64,000 nt of DNA from Meiothermus sp. (GTDB lineage: Bacteria > Deinococcota > Deinococci > Deinococcales > Thermaceae), in contig JANRLD010000005.1 in the NCBI GenBank assembly GCA_033762915.1, positions 1 to 64,000 on the forward strand. The letters run 5' to 3'. A program made the translations under genes and the position numbers. Below, piece by piece: positions 22,001 through 30,724 of the stretch. Below the pieces are notes generated by a model. It saw only the letters and a list, made by a program, of their open reading frames with translations. It had not been told where the DNA came from and did not search any database. Every line of letters begins with the position of its first letter. Position 1 is the stretch's first letter.

Positions 22001-24199
22001 CCCTACCTGTCGGAGCGGGTGGCCTTCCTGCGCGGGCGGGCCAGCGGCGAGGTGCAGCTCGACGGCACCACCCTGCGCTTCGCCGCCAGCAGCCCGTCGC
22101 TGGGCGTGGTGGGGGACAGCTTGGCTTTGGCCGCCAGGGTAAGCGGGGCCCTGGACGGCGGGGTGCTCAAGGCCAACCTCAGCCTCGAGCGACCCCGCGC
22201 GCCCGAACTCAGCCCCAGCCCCAGCGTGGCCTCCAACCGCACCACCGCCACTGTCCAGTTCAAGGACGGCCTCTTCAGCGGCGAGGCCAGTGCGGCTTCC
22301 TTCCCGCTGCACTGGCTGTTCTCTAGTTGGGGTGGCGACGTACAGGGCGAGGCCTTCTGGACTGGCAAGCTGGCCTTCAGCTACAACACCGCCAATCCCT
22401 GGGCTTCCAAGGGCAGCTTTGTGGGCGAGCGCATGCGATTTGTGGGCGGCGGCGACGAGCTAACCGGTCAGTCGGTGCTGCGCTACGAGGGGGAGCGCTT
22501 CTACATAGACCAGCTCAGCCTCAGCGGCAAGGGCACCTGGCGCGGCGGTGGATACTGGGGGCGCAAGGGCAGCGACCTCAGGCTCGACCTCGAGAACACC
22601 GTCTTCACCCCGGTCTTGCAGGTGATCCCCCAACTCCGGGCCTACTCGCCGGAGGGCAGCGGGACAGTGCGCCTTACCTCCACCGGGCAGGTCTTCGACC
22701 TGGTGGCCGAGAACTTTAACTTTAAGCTGGGGCCGGTGCGCGCCGAGACCCCGAGGGTGCGCCTGCGGGCCGCCGACAGCGTGATCGCCGAGGGCCGTCT
22801 CAGGCTCACCGCCCCCTATCCCGCCGAGGCCGAGCTGTCTGGAGAGGGCAACCTGCAAGCCTTCACGGTGCGGGCCAGGGGCACCGGCAACGTTCCCTTG
22901 CTGAGCCCTAACGAGGCCTTCAGCGCCAGCTTCTCCTTCCCCGGCTACGTCCTCGACGCCTCCCTCGACCGTCAACTGGGCGACCAGCCGACCCGTCTCC
23001 AGGGCTCGCTGTTCCCCACCTTGGCCCTCTCGCTCACCGGGCCGGTGCCGGTGGCCTACCCGCAGTACTACCTGCTCGACGGGCTGGTGGACTCTAACCT
23101 GACCCTGCGCTACCAGCGCGGGGTCTACATAATCTCCGGGGCCGCCAGCGTGATCCGCGGGCGCTTGGGCTTCCCTGAAGGTCAGCGCGAGGTGACGCTG
23201 CCCGCCCCCGTGACCGGCACACCCAACCCGGCCCAGGCCAACGCCGTGCCCGTGGAGTATCAGAACCTGCTGATCAGCGCCGAGCGCGGCATCACCATCC
23301 AGGAGTCGCTGGCCCAGGGCGAGCTGGCTGGGCAGATCTTCCTCAACGGCGACTTCGCCAACCCCTTCCTATCCGGCGAGGTTGTGCCGCTGCGCGGGGG
23401 CTTCCGGCTGCTCAACCAGGAGTTCACCATCCGCGACAAGCTGCCCATCGGCCTCGCCCCCGAGATTCTGGCCCGCCTGCAAAACCGCACCCGGAGCGCT
23501 GCCACCTTCAGCCCGGCTTCGGGCCTGCTGCCCGAGATCGTGATCCTGGCCGATGCCAAAGTGCTCAACCGGGCCAACAACCGCCAGACCGACGTGTACT
23601 TGGCCCTGCGCGGCGAATTCCTGCGGCAAAACGGGCGCATTAAGGTCAACCTCGAGCCCATCCTGGCTGCCTATGGCGATGGCACCGAGCTGCTGTCCAC
23701 CGAGCAAATCTACGCCCTCCTGGTGCTGGGCCGCTCCGACGCCTCGGCCATTCCTGCAGAGCTGGCCCAGACCGGCCTCCAGGCCGCCGTGCAGAGCTTT
23801 ATCATCGGGCAGATCGAGCGCGAGCTGGCCAAGGCGCTGGGCCTGGATCAGGTGCGGGTAGAGATTCCCGCGCTGGGCGGCGGTGGCAAGGTCGAGGAGA
23901 CCCGCTTCACCTTCGGGCGCTACATCTCGCCCGAGCTGTTCCTGGCCGGCAGCATAGACCTGCGCGGCTACACCAACTTCAGCGCCGAGTACCAGCCGGG
24001 CGACTTCCGCATCCGCAGCTCGACCATCTTCGCCCCCAACTTCCTGCAAGAGCTATCGCTGGGCTATGTATTCCGCCCCTTCGGCCTCGACGGCGACTTA
24101 ACCGTCAACCTGAGTGCCGGCGACCTCTCGAGCGGCCTCCCCGAGCAGGGCCGACGCGACGGGTTCAGGCTAAGCCTGGGCTTCAACTTGAGGTATTGA
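13028..24199 (+). CDS. tamB: Giant translocation/assembly module TamB (DUF490)-like envelope protein, 3723 aa
   Basis: N-terminal signal anchor, Gly-rich amphipathic beta strands throughout, and a C-terminal DUF490-like region (PFLSGEV, LGLDQVRV, FGRYISPEL). TACACT lies 7 nt upstream of the GTG. Confidence 0.85.
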   Translation: MRFLRWVPLFLLLLLVGLPAFPPLIDFALRKGLEAAGFKGEWRTAGGYLLAGVELRGAKLEGAGLSLEAERVRVGYNLIRLFWRELPLRIQAADGVVRLKWDTVIPTQPAAPPSGPAPFELRIDELALQDVRAELGESRNFFLPTIRATVRGTGPYNVTAQLPEGRLEGTVERTGRQFEAWKIQAKGDVRAARYWFQGIEGGQLAGTWTIDSEGIRGENQIRGGVVTLPGPVPIREVYGPVSFDGNLVTANLVGRVFGGTAKGAGTVDIRAQEYRFRVEGNATLGALAKNWNLNLPIEGGGPVVVEGRGWQNLTLSGRYSGQGELLGEPLSYEGTLGFDKIFKLDTLVDGGLFDRTFNASVAVRNTRYTVGLLDSLGSRLRLSGEAADTTGSGTLTLPRPLEGQARVAFSSRGPRWEAQINSENVELPAALPFSLTGALRGDGASVSGRLGAVDLSGRWDDLQLRLSGLPMVVGQASGQATLKNGRFAGDFAYDSPYANFPVAVRQDGPVWRLNNRWAQGRFEQGIFTLDVAELPLQVVEPMRLSGRVRYEEGKLSGGWDLQGQQFVSARGELYDLASRFTGTLKTPLGNLPLGGTVDSADPTVLRSRLSTLDITYRAAEGLRIRGPLELGFIQGRSDLTLKDTRWSGQATAETPWLQARLEGRGSQLYATSTGYALMSGPVYPKTRLKGRLNLPLSGAVEVEAVPLELTLRGVSWPTGRAQFVGGLPFEGSLPVRILGQAGRLSAKGNLERATLRLTSPLASLSAEGPLRDLPITGTLNYAGYAGTFRGRADLFRAAYQGQLEVPGLEGAASFQGRAADLTYTGEFQQGRLRASGRYRYVAGDPLAGLQLRLEADRYDTTRWGLPAVLSGVWSQRGGRLQLKTKPGAPLQVSASLQGSALLEARALEVVSDYVTLRGSASLQNINLRGELEVPYLSGDLSVLGSPQRLQLSARGRYQLPYLAPAAWRFNADVNSQRWELTGPLALNGRGLRYSGVVSWPYSLQGREGILTGSLQGESLNLGGNLRTTYGGLPLSAAVIARGADLAKLEATLRLPEGQIRIAGKQARLDLETREIAKLFGADVRGRVRGELDLSQLPDLQALIEQGGQGRLEGALLVSGQEVELSYRDRVLEAVLPAYQVGLKADLGREVRLTGLKNLDGVLMVGRGLSGSMAYKAGGLELQTRWAGTPQRPSVQVAGQTAAGKLQGSLNYVLAEARGVGGVRLESPYASATLTLNTNGTRYQATGSLESLQYLKQRGEVRLGGEGTAWNLAWSAPMRLEARGRGAELERVGLSGRGLLEVAGRGFDLAGELDVVGDQFAGRMSARGEQVALELRGQDSLLNVGGTAFDAEVAATLSRAGRLGGSLRYSRDLAANRLRLVANLSGTLLRPELEGTGVVQGDGAVINLRYGFKEQLYARASGEGIRAELQGSVLELNLDADLKPFVGQALRLKTAGKGEWAGLSLPLQLTGVVAGQPVEASGEAAPARLEASLRGTVERQGFSAVYRQGLTVDLLGGYATGQVRLKNSLESLEGLVNLDLPLGSYGRLVGQADLAKGTVALQGQEGIGGSLAGQLREGWAQPTKWNLQSDLSAEFPGLSEPPRLAGAFELDAAPLAVRGSGRLELAPYGTLQLNAVGGAVEARGQGELRPLLARVQLAPTQATWSFRGELPRGLGRLDARGAYPGTWITGRYENLGKAFGLEGRETRLSVVGEGVQAVLTPQELQASLRGFTYGGVELTGSVAGAWSALAANLNWAAFERKGQLEATYTEGNLRGRLDGAVKGSLGWSSAQVWSGSLRIPEFETDLALSGQGTIPKVRLQNQYASGTLTYAGGRPEGVLNLDFPVASIGRLFGQADLTRGSVRLQGREGLSGTLNAQLREGWAQPTRWSLETTLMLRQTGLDEPARLSGKIELDASPLAVRGDARLELAQYGALGLRGGGGSVAVGGLGELRPLSAQVRLSPLQVGWTYSGPLPRNLGELVGRGSYPGTWLSGRYTNLGKTFAVEGRETQVKLSTPGLAATLTPQQLEARLEGFTYSGVEVSGDLKGAWSDLAANLSWEALGRSGQLEATYAGGAVWGRLGGAVSGEVGWSSSQTWTGRLQVPEYQTSLALSGRGGIPTVQVQSEYAKGNVTYAGGRPEGTLSLDIPISGLGRLVGSADLAQGQVSLEGRGGLGGTLQARLREGWAQPTRWELQSNLGAAVSGLDRPARLAGTLSLDAAPLAVRGEARLELGQYGSAQVFGQGAALEVRGQGELRPLAARVALSPVQVSWTYRGALPRNLGNLEGGGTYPGNWLTGRYQNFGQDLSLEGRETQVQVSGKGIQATLTPQSLEARLDDFSYSGVTVSGEVKGGWSDLAANLGWEYGERSGQVEATYLGGAVRAKLEGAVQGGMGFSARQEWSGNLSVPEFDATLALSGQGAIPRVQVQSPLARGSVTYANNRPEGLLNLDVPLGTLGRVVGTADLGQGALSLEGRGGLGGTLQARLREGWAQPTRWSLETDLRSSLGNQDLALRGQFEFDAAPLALRGSGRVSSPEWGSLRLQAGGNRVEVLGAEGLEALKGQVRLSPLQVQWAYSGALPRNLGSLEAGGTYPGVWAQGRFKYPGIGPELTLRGEDDRLLLRGQGLEADLTAGGVQARLNNLDISGVKLSGGLEGAYTDLRTDLNWGAFGRKGEIKGRFAGNRLSADLSGDLSGQLSYALSGQTWGGQVKFREGSLELSGQGQAIPQAEGEVLGFGLRLRYPVLEVAPDRAQLDAPRPISSRQGNLTIDVARRDASGIMGVRSVEVRGQGRTLEAVYPFAGGRLVVDLDLQNFNLRVSAPALGRGDLRYERGQLSGRLDLDAFNLQTVIEGGGSQARVSVRHPATDWLPWKGGSLTGGVRLDGSWSLSYRDDDEKQTVEADGRLLEGQIRAAGDWIKGRLAYGQASGLWAGDLSLDLPLAPITSRLSLNVQGGAALQAEGAVSGGLGNIALSARVERGRTDARARFNDLLIQEVPYLSERVAFLRGRASGEVQLDGTTLRFAASSPSLGVVGDSLALAARVSGALDGGVLKANLSLERPRAPELSPSPSVASNRTTATVQFKDGLFSGEASAASFPLHWLFSSWGGDVQGEAFWTGKLAFSYNTANPWASKGSFVGERMRFVGGGDELTGQSVLRYEGERFYIDQLSLSGKGTWRGGGYWGRKGSDLRLDLENTVFTPVLQVIPQLRAYSPEGSGTVRLTSTGQVFDLVAENFNFKLGPVRAETPRVRLRAADSVIAEGRLRLTAPYPAEAELSGEGNLQAFTVRARGTGNVPLLSPNEAFSASFSFPGYVLDASLDRQLGDQPTRLQGSLFPTLALSLTGPVPVAYPQYYLLDGLVDSNLTLRYQRGVYIISGAASVIRGRLGFPEGQREVTLPAPVTGTPNPAQANAVPVEYQNLLISAERGITIQESLAQGELAGQIFLNGDFANPFLSGEVVPLRGGFRLLNQEFTIRDKLPIGLAPEILARLQNRTRSAATFSPASGLLPEIVILADAKVLNRANNRQTDVYLALRGEFLRQNGRIKVNLEPILAAYGDGTELLSTEQIYALLVLGRSDASAIPAELAQTGLQAAVQSFIIGQIERELAKALGLDQVRVEIPALGGGGKVEETRFTFGRYISPELFLAGSIDLRGYTNFSAEYQPGDFRIRSSTIFAPNFLQELSLGYVFRPFGLDGDLTVNLSAGDLSSGLPEQGRRDGFRLSLGFNLRY
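17580..21210 (+). repeat. Four intragenic tandem repeats with 909-bp (303-aa) period
   Basis: The Arg codon of LREGWAQPT[KR]W starts at 17750, 18659, 19568 and 20477. Outer boundaries are approximate. Confidence 0.92.
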
Positions 24200-24275
24200 G
24201 GCGGTGAGCGGTGAGCTTTGGGCTGCTACTTGTAACCTCATTGCTTGAGGGAGTTGTTGATCCTTTGGGAGTTGT

Positions 24276-24367
24276 CATCGCGTTTCCCACCCTTACCTCC
24301 CTCGCAGCGGCAGGCAATGTACCCCCTACAGTAAAACCCCTGCAGGGGTATGCGTGGGAACCGCTCT
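24276..24367 (+). mobile_element. MITE family A copy 3
   Basis: CATCGCGTTTCCC...GGGTATGCGTGGGAACCGCTCT. Confidence 0.75.
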
Positions 24368-24526
24368 CAGACGGTTCCAAAATGCCTCCGGTATCCCAAA
24401 TAGTATTGCAGGAAAGCTCCCGGGCAGTTTGGTAGGTTGGGCAGTTTAGGACCACTTTGAATTCGCGCCGCCTCGAGCTATACTCTCGCCTAACGAGCGT
24501 TAGTTTGTTTTTGGAGGGAACCCAGC

Positions 24527-25492
24527 ATGACCAGCAAGTTTGGCCTGCCCACCGACCCCGACTACCCCCAGCGCCTGCAGGCCTTCGAGGCCCGCATCGA
24601 GCGGGGCGAGAAGATCGAGCCCGGCGACTGGATGCCCGAGGAGTACCGCCGCCAGCTCGTCCGCATGATTTCCCAGCACGCCCACTCCGAGGTGGTGGGG
24701 ATGCTGCCGGAGGGGGCCTGGATTAGCCGTGCCCCGTCCCTCAAGCGCAAGATGATACTCATCGCCAAGGTGCAAGACGAGGCCGGGCACGGCCAGTACC
24801 TCTACCACGCCGCCGAGACCCTGGGCGTGACCCGCGAGGCCATGCTCGAGGCGCTTCTCGCTGGCCGGGCCAAGTACAGCTCGATCTTCAACTATCCCAC
24901 CCTGACCTGGGCCGACATCGGCACCATCGGGTGGCTGGTGGACGGTGCGGCCATCAAGAACCAGACCATGCTGGCGGCCTGCTCCTATGGCCCTTACAGC
25001 CGGGCCATGGTGCGCATCTGCGCCGAGGAGACTTTCCACCACAAGCAGGGCAAGGAGATGGTGCTGCTCTACGCCAAGGGCACGCCGCGCCAGCGCCAGA
25101 CCGCCCAGGACGCCATCAACCGCTGGTGGTGGCCCGCCCTGATGATGATGGGGCCGCACGACGCCGACAGCCCCAACTCGAGCGTGCTGACCAAGTGGGG
25201 CGTCAAGACCAAGTCCAACGACACCGTTCGCCAGGAGTTCATCAACGAGCACGCGCCCGAAATCCTGGACGCTGGCCTTACCCTTCCCGACCCCGACCTG
25301 CACCAGGACGCCCAGGGCAACTGGAAGCACGGCCCCATCAACTGGGACGAGTTCTGGGCTGTGGTGCGCGGCGAGGGCCCGATGGGCCGCGAGCGGCTGG
25401 AGGCCCGCCGCAAGGCCCACGACGAGGGGGCTTGGGTGCGGAAGGCGCTCGAGGCCTACGCGGCAAAGCGGCAAGAGGCGATAGCCGTTTAG
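24527..25492 (+). CDS. paaA: Phenylacetyl-CoA epoxidase subunit A
   Basis: [28 protein letters not shown] and EETFHHKQG di-iron motifs. Confidence 0.95.
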   Translation: MTSKFGLPTDPDYPQRLQAFEARIERGEKIEPGDWMPEEYRRQLVRMISQHAHSEVVGMLPEGAWISRAPSLKRKMILIAKVQDEAGHGQYLYHAAETLGVTREAMLEALLAGRAKYSSIFNYPTLTWADIGTIGWLVDGAAIKNQTMLAACSYGPYSRAMVRICAEETFHHKQGKEMVLLYAKGTPRQRQTAQDAINRWWWPALMMMGPHDADSPNSSVLTKWGVKTKSNDTVRQEFINEHAPEILDAGLTLPDPDLHQDAQGNWKHGPINWDEFWAVVRGEGPMGRERLEARRKAHDEGAWVRKALEAYAAKRQEAIAV

Positions 25493-25553
25493 GGGAAGAG
25501 AGGGGACGGAGAGCCAAGCTCGCCCCCGCTTCCCTCCCGCCTCTCGAGGTGTT

Positions 25554-26126
25554 ATGGACACACAGTTGCCCCGCTGGGAAGTCTTTAAGCAAGACACCTA
25601 TTCCAGGCCCCACCAAGCCGTGGGGTCGGTTCACGCTGCCGACCCCGCTCACGCCCTGCTGACCGCGCGCAACGTTTTCGCCCGCCGCCCGCTGGCGGTG
25701 AGCATGTGGGTGGCCCTAGCGGAGGACATCCACGCTTGGACCAAGGAAGAGGTCGAGGGTGAGGAGTTTAGGGCCCAGGGCCATAAGCGCCCGGCTCCCG
25801 ACACCCGAACCCGGGCCTTCTGTGTCTTCCGCAAAACCACCCACAAACGCTCCATGACCTTCGTCGACTATGTGGGCGAGCTCGAGGCGTCCTCGCCGGA
25901 GGAGGCCCTCGAGCTGGCGCGAGGGCGCTTTGCCGAGGTTGAGGCGCTGGCCTGGTGGGTGGTGCCCGCCGACAAGCTGGTGAGGAGCGAGGCGGGCGAG
26001 GAGGTCGTGGAGAGCTGGTTCGCGCCCGCCAGGGACAAGACCTACAAGCAGCAGCAGTTCTACGCGACGGTGGGCTCGCACGTCTCCAAGCACAAGGCGG
26101 CCAAGGCGGCGGATGATGAATACTGA
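25554..26126 (+). CDS. paaB: Phenylacetyl-CoA epoxidase subunit B (two PaaB-like domains)
   Basis: WEVF...[22 protein letters not shown] followed by a second similar unit; sits between paaA and paaC. Confidence 0.85.
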   Translation: MDTQLPRWEVFKQDTYSRPHQAVGSVHAADPAHALLTARNVFARRPLAVSMWVALAEDIHAWTKEEVEGEEFRAQGHKRPAPDTRTRAFCVFRKTTHKRSMTFVDYVGELEASSPEEALELARGRFAEVEALAWWVVPADKLVRSEAGEEVVESWFAPARDKTYKQQQFYATVGSHVSKHKAAKAADDEY

Positions 26127-26874
26127 ACTCAAGGAGGCCCTGATCGCCAAACTCACCGCGCTGGCCGACGACGAGCTAATTCTGTCGCACCGGCTGGCCG
26201 GGTGGACGGGGCACGCGCCCCTCCTGGAGGAGGACATCGCCCTGGCCAACATGGCCCAAGACGAGCTGGGTCACGCCACGGTGTGGCTCGAGCTGCGCCG
26301 CGCCCTCGACGGCAGCGATCCCGACCGGCTGGCCTTCTTCCGCGACGCCTCGGAGTTCCGCAATTGCGAGCTGCTCGAGCTGCCCAAGGGCGACTGGGCC
26401 TTCACCATGTTGCGCCAGTACCTCTTCGACGTGTACGAGGGGCTTTGGCTCCAGGCGGCGCAGGTCTCGAGCTACCCGCCCCTGGCCGAGGCCGCCGCTA
26501 AAGTCGTCCGCGAGGAGCGCTTCCACATCCAGCACACCCAGACCTGGGTGGAGCGGCTGGGGCTGGGCACCAAAGAGTCGCACCAGCGGGCGCAGGAGGC
26601 CCTGACGGTGCTGTGGCCCTACGCCCAGCAGCTCTTTGCGCCGGAGGCGGGCGAGGATCGGCTGGTGGCGGAGGGGGTGGTGCCCGACCTCGAGGCGATC
26701 CGGGAGCGCTGGCTGGAGATCACGGGCCGCCACCTGCGGGCCAGCGGCCTCGAGCCGCCCCCGCTCGACGCCTACGTCCCCCGGAGCCGCCAGCGGCACA
26801 CCGAGCACCTCTGGAGCCTGCTGGCCGAGATGCAGTCGGTCGCCCGCTGGGACGCCGAGGCCAGGACCTGGTAG
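26113..26874 (+). CDS. paaC: Phenylacetyl-CoA epoxidase subunit C
   Basis: [32 protein letters not shown] and HTEHL..LLAEMQ motifs. Confidence 0.93.
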   Translation: MMNTELKEALIAKLTALADDELILSHRLAGWTGHAPLLEEDIALANMAQDELGHATVWLELRRALDGSDPDRLAFFRDASEFRNCELLELPKGDWAFTMLRQYLFDVYEGLWLQAAQVSSYPPLAEAAAKVVREERFHIQHTQTWVERLGLGTKESHQRAQEALTVLWPYAQQLFAPEAGEDRLVAEGVVPDLEAIRERWLEITGRHLRASGLEPPPLDAYVPRSRQRHTEHLWSLLAEMQSVARWDAEARTW

Positions 26875-26906
26875 CGGGCTTGCGCCGCTTCATGGGCTGG
26901 CTCCAT

Positions 26907-26990
26907 CCGTGCCGACCTGCGAACGCGGCGGGGGACGGACTTCGGCCCCAGGGTATGCGCCGATTTGAGGCCAAGCTCCGCCGTACGCGC
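26907..26990 (+). repeat. Degenerate intergenic repeat, family B, copy 2
   Basis: CCGTGCCGACC...GCGGCGGGGGACGGACTTCGGCCCCA...CCGCCGTA between paaC and paaD. Confidence 0.5.
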
Positions 26991-27058
26991 AAGACGGCTT
27001 CGCCTTCACCCGCCATCGGTTTACCGGCGTTTGTTACATCAGAGTTCTGAGGGTTCAT

Positions 27059-27556
27059 ATGGTCTCGTCAGTCTCGAGCAAACAGCTTTGGAGCGTACTC
27101 TCCGAAATCCCCGACCCCGAGATTCCGGTGGTTAACGTGGTCGAGATGGGAATTGTGCGCGACGTGCAGGTGAGCGGGGGGAAGGCCACCATCACCATGA
27201 CCCCCACCTTCTCCGGCTGCCCGGCCCTGGCGGCGATCCGGGAGAGCCTCGAGGCCGCCGCCCGGCAGCAGGGCTTCGCCGAGGTGGAGGTCCGGACAGT
27301 GCTTTCACCGCCCTGGAGCACCGACTGGATTACCCCGGAGGCCAGGGTCAAACTCGAGCGCTACGGCATCGCCCCGCCCAAGCCCCGGCGGGACGGCGAC
27401 CTGTTCTTGATCCAAATTGAGCACTCCCCGACCCGCTGTCCCAAGTGCGGCTCGCTTAACACCAGCGTGAAGAACACTTTCGGCCCGACCCTGTGCAAAA
27501 GCATTCACGTCTGCAACGCCTGCCTCGAGCCCTTCGAGTCGTTCAAGGCTGTGTGA
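27059..27556 (+). CDS. paaD: Phenylacetyl-CoA epoxidase subunit PaaD (PaaJ)
   Basis: DPEIPVV, TPTFSGCPA, PPWSTDWI, CPKCGS, FGPTLCK and CLEPFE motifs. Confidence 0.93.
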   Translation: MVSSVSSKQLWSVLSEIPDPEIPVVNVVEMGIVRDVQVSGGKATITMTPTFSGCPALAAIRESLEAAARQQGFAEVEVRTVLSPPWSTDWITPEARVKLERYGIAPPKPRRDGDLFLIQIEHSPTRCPKCGSLNTSVKNTFGPTLCKSIHVCNACLEPFESFKAV

Positions 27557-27635
27557 GCCGGGTTGGGTCAAATGTAACTCAAACTTAACCTGCTTCCCCA
27601 TATACTGCCTTTCGGTACTACAAAGGAGGTCGTCT

Positions 27636-28259
27636 ATGAAACGCAGCGCGGTAGTGGGTGGGCTTTGTGCGTTGTTTCTGGCGGGGTGCGGCGCGGGCTT
27701 GGTCAAGGTTCCCGTAACTAACCCCCTGGGCTTGCAGGGCAAGAGCACCACTGTGACGCTGGGTGCGGTCGCGGCCACTGGAGTGGGTGCGCAGGTGCTG
27801 GCCCAGGCCAACATCAGCCTGGCCCCCAACTCGACGTTCGACGACATCAGCTTTGACCTGCCCTTGAGCCCCACCAGCCTCAACACCAAGCTTGAAATCA
27901 GCGGCGTGTCCTTCGGAGCGGGTTGCCCGGCAACTCAGCCCAACCCCATCGCCGTCACCATCAGCAACCTCAACATCTCCGTTTCGGACACCGCCAACGG
28001 CTCGCCCCGCAGCGCCAGCGCCAGCGCCTCGAGCATCAAGTTCAACATCGGGGCTGCCGGGGCTGTCAGCGGGCTGACCGGCAACAACCTGACCGTCTCC
28101 AACCTGTCCACCTTCGTCAACATCATCCGCCAGAGCGGGGCCAACACCCCCAATGCCCTGACCATGAGCGGCACCATCCAGACCGACAGCACCCCCGGAC
28201 TGGCGGGCTGCACCATCACCATCAACTGGTCGGGCGGCTCAGGCGAGTTGGCCTTCTAA
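27636..28259 (+). CDS. Hypothetical beta-rich lipoprotein (paralog 1)
   Basis: AAGGAGG RBS, LAGC lipobox, Ser/Thr/Asn-rich, two further Cys. Confidence 0.85.
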   Translation: MKRSAVVGGLCALFLAGCGAGLVKVPVTNPLGLQGKSTTVTLGAVAATGVGAQVLAQANISLAPNSTFDDISFDLPLSPTSLNTKLEISGVSFGAGCPATQPNPIAVTISNLNISVSDTANGSPRSASASASSIKFNIGAAGAVSGLTGNNLTVSNLSTFVNIIRQSGANTPNALTMSGTIQTDSTPGLAGCTITINWSGGSGELAF

Positions 28260-28275
28260 GCCTTAGGTCTACCTT

Positions 28276-28303
28276 GGGGCGGCTCGAAACTGAGCCGCCC
28301 TTT
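28276..28303 (+). terminator. Intrinsic terminator
   Basis: GGGCGGCTC-GAAACT-GAGCCGCCC-TTT after lipoprotein 1. Confidence 0.6.
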
Positions 28304-28414
28304 GCCTTGCAGCTGTAACGCTCGAGCCGTTATTTGAGTTCACCCTCGAGTCGGTGTTACGCGCTTCTGGCCTACCATGGCCTGGCAGTACCCATACGTA
28401 CCCAAGGAGCGTGT

Positions 28415-29032
28415 ATGAAGAGAACCATGTTTTTGGGCGGGCTCGCGGCGCTGCTGCTGGCGGGCTGCGGGGCCGGGCTGATCCAGATTCCCATCAACAA
28501 CCCGATGGGCCTCGAGGGTCAGAAGACCACCCTCAGCCTGCGGGCCAGCAGCCAGGCCGTGGCCACCATACCCGATACCAGCGCCACCTTCGACGACCAG
28601 GACATCAATATCCCCGTCAACCCCAGCGGCCTCGACTACACCCTCTCGGTAAGGGACATCGAGTTCGGGGCGGGCTGTCCCAACCCCCTGCCCAGCCAGA
28701 TCGGCGTGACCATCCCCTACTTCAAGGCCACCGTCACCGACAGCACTGGCTCGGCCTCGGGCCAGGTCACCGACGTAAAGTTCAGCCTGACCAGGAGCGG
28801 CAGCCAGATCACCGTGAGCAACGTGACCGGAACCCTGAGCTTCGGCGACATCGGCAAGTTGATGGGCATCATTCGCAAGAACGGCGCCAACACCCCCAAT
28901 ACCGCCACCATCACCTTTACCGACCCCGCCAACCCCTCCAACCCCAACCTCGTCACCACCAGTACCCCCGACCTTGGCAACTGCTCCATGACCATCACCT
29001 GGGGCGGCGGCCGGGGCGTGGTCAAGTTCTGA
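28415..29032 (+). CDS. Hypothetical beta-rich lipoprotein (paralog 2)
   Basis: AAGGAG RBS, LAGC lipobox; shares NP.GL.G, TFDD, FGAGCP, GANTPN and C..TI.W.GG with paralog 1. Confidence 0.85.
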   Translation: MKRTMFLGGLAALLLAGCGAGLIQIPINNPMGLEGQKTTLSLRASSQAVATIPDTSATFDDQDINIPVNPSGLDYTLSVRDIEFGAGCPNPLPSQIGVTIPYFKATVTDSTGSASGQVTDVKFSLTRSGSQITVSNVTGTLSFGDIGKLMGIIRKNGANTPNTATITFTDPANPSNPNLVTTSTPDLGNCSMTITWGGGRGVVKF

Positions 29033-29197
29033 TTAGTCCTTCTGGGTTTCAGCCCCGAGAACCCCACCGGTGTGCCTCCTTTCGAGGGGGCACGCCTGCT
29101 TTTTTCGCCGCCCCAGGTCAGCCTCGAGGCTGATTTGCATAAACTGGCAAATCCGATAAGATGGGCCTCGAATTCTAAGTTTTCTGAGGAGGTGGGC

Positions 29198-30724
29198 GTG
29201 AACAGACTTTGGGTCGGGTTTCTCGCAGGTTTGGCTCTTGCTGGGGGTGCGTTGGCGCAGCGGCCAGATACTATCGTGATCGCGCAAGGGGTGGACGTGA
29301 CGGTGCTGGACCCCAACAACCAGCTCGAGACGCCCACCGCCAACGTGCTGGCCAACATGTTCGACACCCTCTACCTGCGGATGCCCGACGGTAGCGCTCG
29401 TCCCTGGCTGGCCACCGAGGTAAAGGCCATCAACCCCACTACCTGGGAGATGACCATCCGCAGCGGGGTCAAGTTCCACAACGGCGAGGACCTGACTGCC
29501 GAGACGGTCAAGTGGAACTTCGACCGGGTGATTGACCCGGCCAGGCCGCTGCGCATCTCCAACTCCTGGGCCAACCTGGCCAGCGTCCAGGTGGTCAATC
29601 CCACCACCCTGCGCTTCACCACCCGCAACCCCTTCCCGGTCTTCGTGACCCGACTGACCGGGTTCTTCATCCTGCCCCAGAAGTACGTTACCGAGAACGG
29701 CAACAAGTACCTGCAGGAGCCGGTAGGCAGCGGCCCTTACCGCTTCGTACGCTGGGTGCGCGACCAGCAATTCGAGCTGGAGGCCAACCCCAACTACTGG
29801 GGCGGCGCCCCCAAGATCCGCCGGGTCATCTTCCGCCCCATCCCTGAGGCCAGCAGCCGTGTAGCCGAGCTGGTGTCGGGCGGGGTGGACATCATCACCA
29901 ATCTGGTCCCCGAGGCGGTCAACTCGGTGCGCTCCTCCGGTGCCGCAGACGTGCGCAGTGTGCCCAGCATCCGTAACATCTTCATGATCCTCAACACCCA
30001 GAACAAGCCCGACGGCCCCCTGGCCAACCCCAAGGTGCGTCTGGCCCTTAACTACGCTGTAGACAAGCGCACCATCGTCAGGAACGTGCTGGGCGGCTTC
30101 GGCCAGCCCACCGGCTGCTCCCTCAACAGCTACATCTTCGGCTACGATGCCCGGAGTTGCATGGCCTACGAGTACAACCCCGCCCGTGCCCGCCAGCTGT
30201 TGGCCGAGGCCGGCTACCCCAATGGCTTCACCATGACCCTGGGTTCGCCCAACGGGCGCTACCTCAACGACCGGCAAGTGTCCGAGGCCGTGGTGGGGCA
30301 ACTGGCCCAGATCGGCGTACGGGCCGAGTTGCGGGTGCAGGAGTGGAGCAGTTATGTGGGGCAGGTCCTGGAGCGCAAGATCCCCACCGACGCGGTGCTG
30401 TTGGGCTGGGGCAACAACGAGTTTGACGCCGACAACTCGCTGTACAGCCTGTTCTATGGCGGCACGGTGCGCGGTGGCCCCCGCCAGGTGGCCTTCAGCT
30501 ACATCCGTTCGATTCCGCTGGACAACGCCCTCTTGCAGGCCCAGCGCGTCACCGACCCCGAGCGCCGCAAGAAGCTCTACCTCGACGCCTTGCGGGTACT
30601 GCGGGCCGAGTCGCCCTGGATCTTCTTGCACCAGCAGGAAGACCTCTACGGGGTCTCCAAGCGCGTTGACTGGAAGCCCCGCCCCGACGAGCGCCTGTTC
30701 GTGGCGGACATGGCGATCCGGTAA
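29198..30724 (+). CDS. Dipeptide/oligopeptide/nickel ABC transporter substrate-binding protein (family 5)
   Basis: GAGGAGG RBS with GTG start, signal peptide, GVKFHNG, PVGSGPY, NPNYWGG and VRLALNYAVD. Confidence 0.92.
   Translation: MNRLWVGFLAGLALAGGALAQRPDTIVIAQGVDVTVLDPNNQLETPTANVLANMFDTLYLRMPDGSARPWLATEVKAINPTTWEMTIRSGVKFHNGEDLTAETVKWNFDRVIDPARPLRISNSWANLASVQVVNPTTLRFTTRNPFPVFVTRLTGFFILPQKYVTENGNKYLQEPVGSGPYRFVRWVRDQQFELEANPNYWGGAPKIRRVIFRPIPEASSRVAELVSGGVDIITNLVPEAVNSVRSSGAADVRSVPSIRNIFMILNTQNKPDGPLANPKVRLALNYAVDKRTIVRNVLGGFGQPTGCSLNSYIFGYDARSCMAYEYNPARARQLLAEAGYPNGFTMTLGSPNGRYLNDRQVSEAVVGQLAQIGVRAELRVQEWSSYVGQVLERKIPTDAVLLGWGNNEFDADNSLYSLFYGGTVRGGPRQVAFSYIRSIPLDNALLQAQRVTDPERRKKLYLDALRVLRAESPWIFLHQQEDLYGVSKRVDWKPRPDERLFVADMAIR

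Noticed and set aside
29033..30631. 532-aa antisense ORF (likewise 34375-36210, 10854-12008, 49772-50869)
   Set aside because: Mirror frames of well-supported genes with no motifs of their own.
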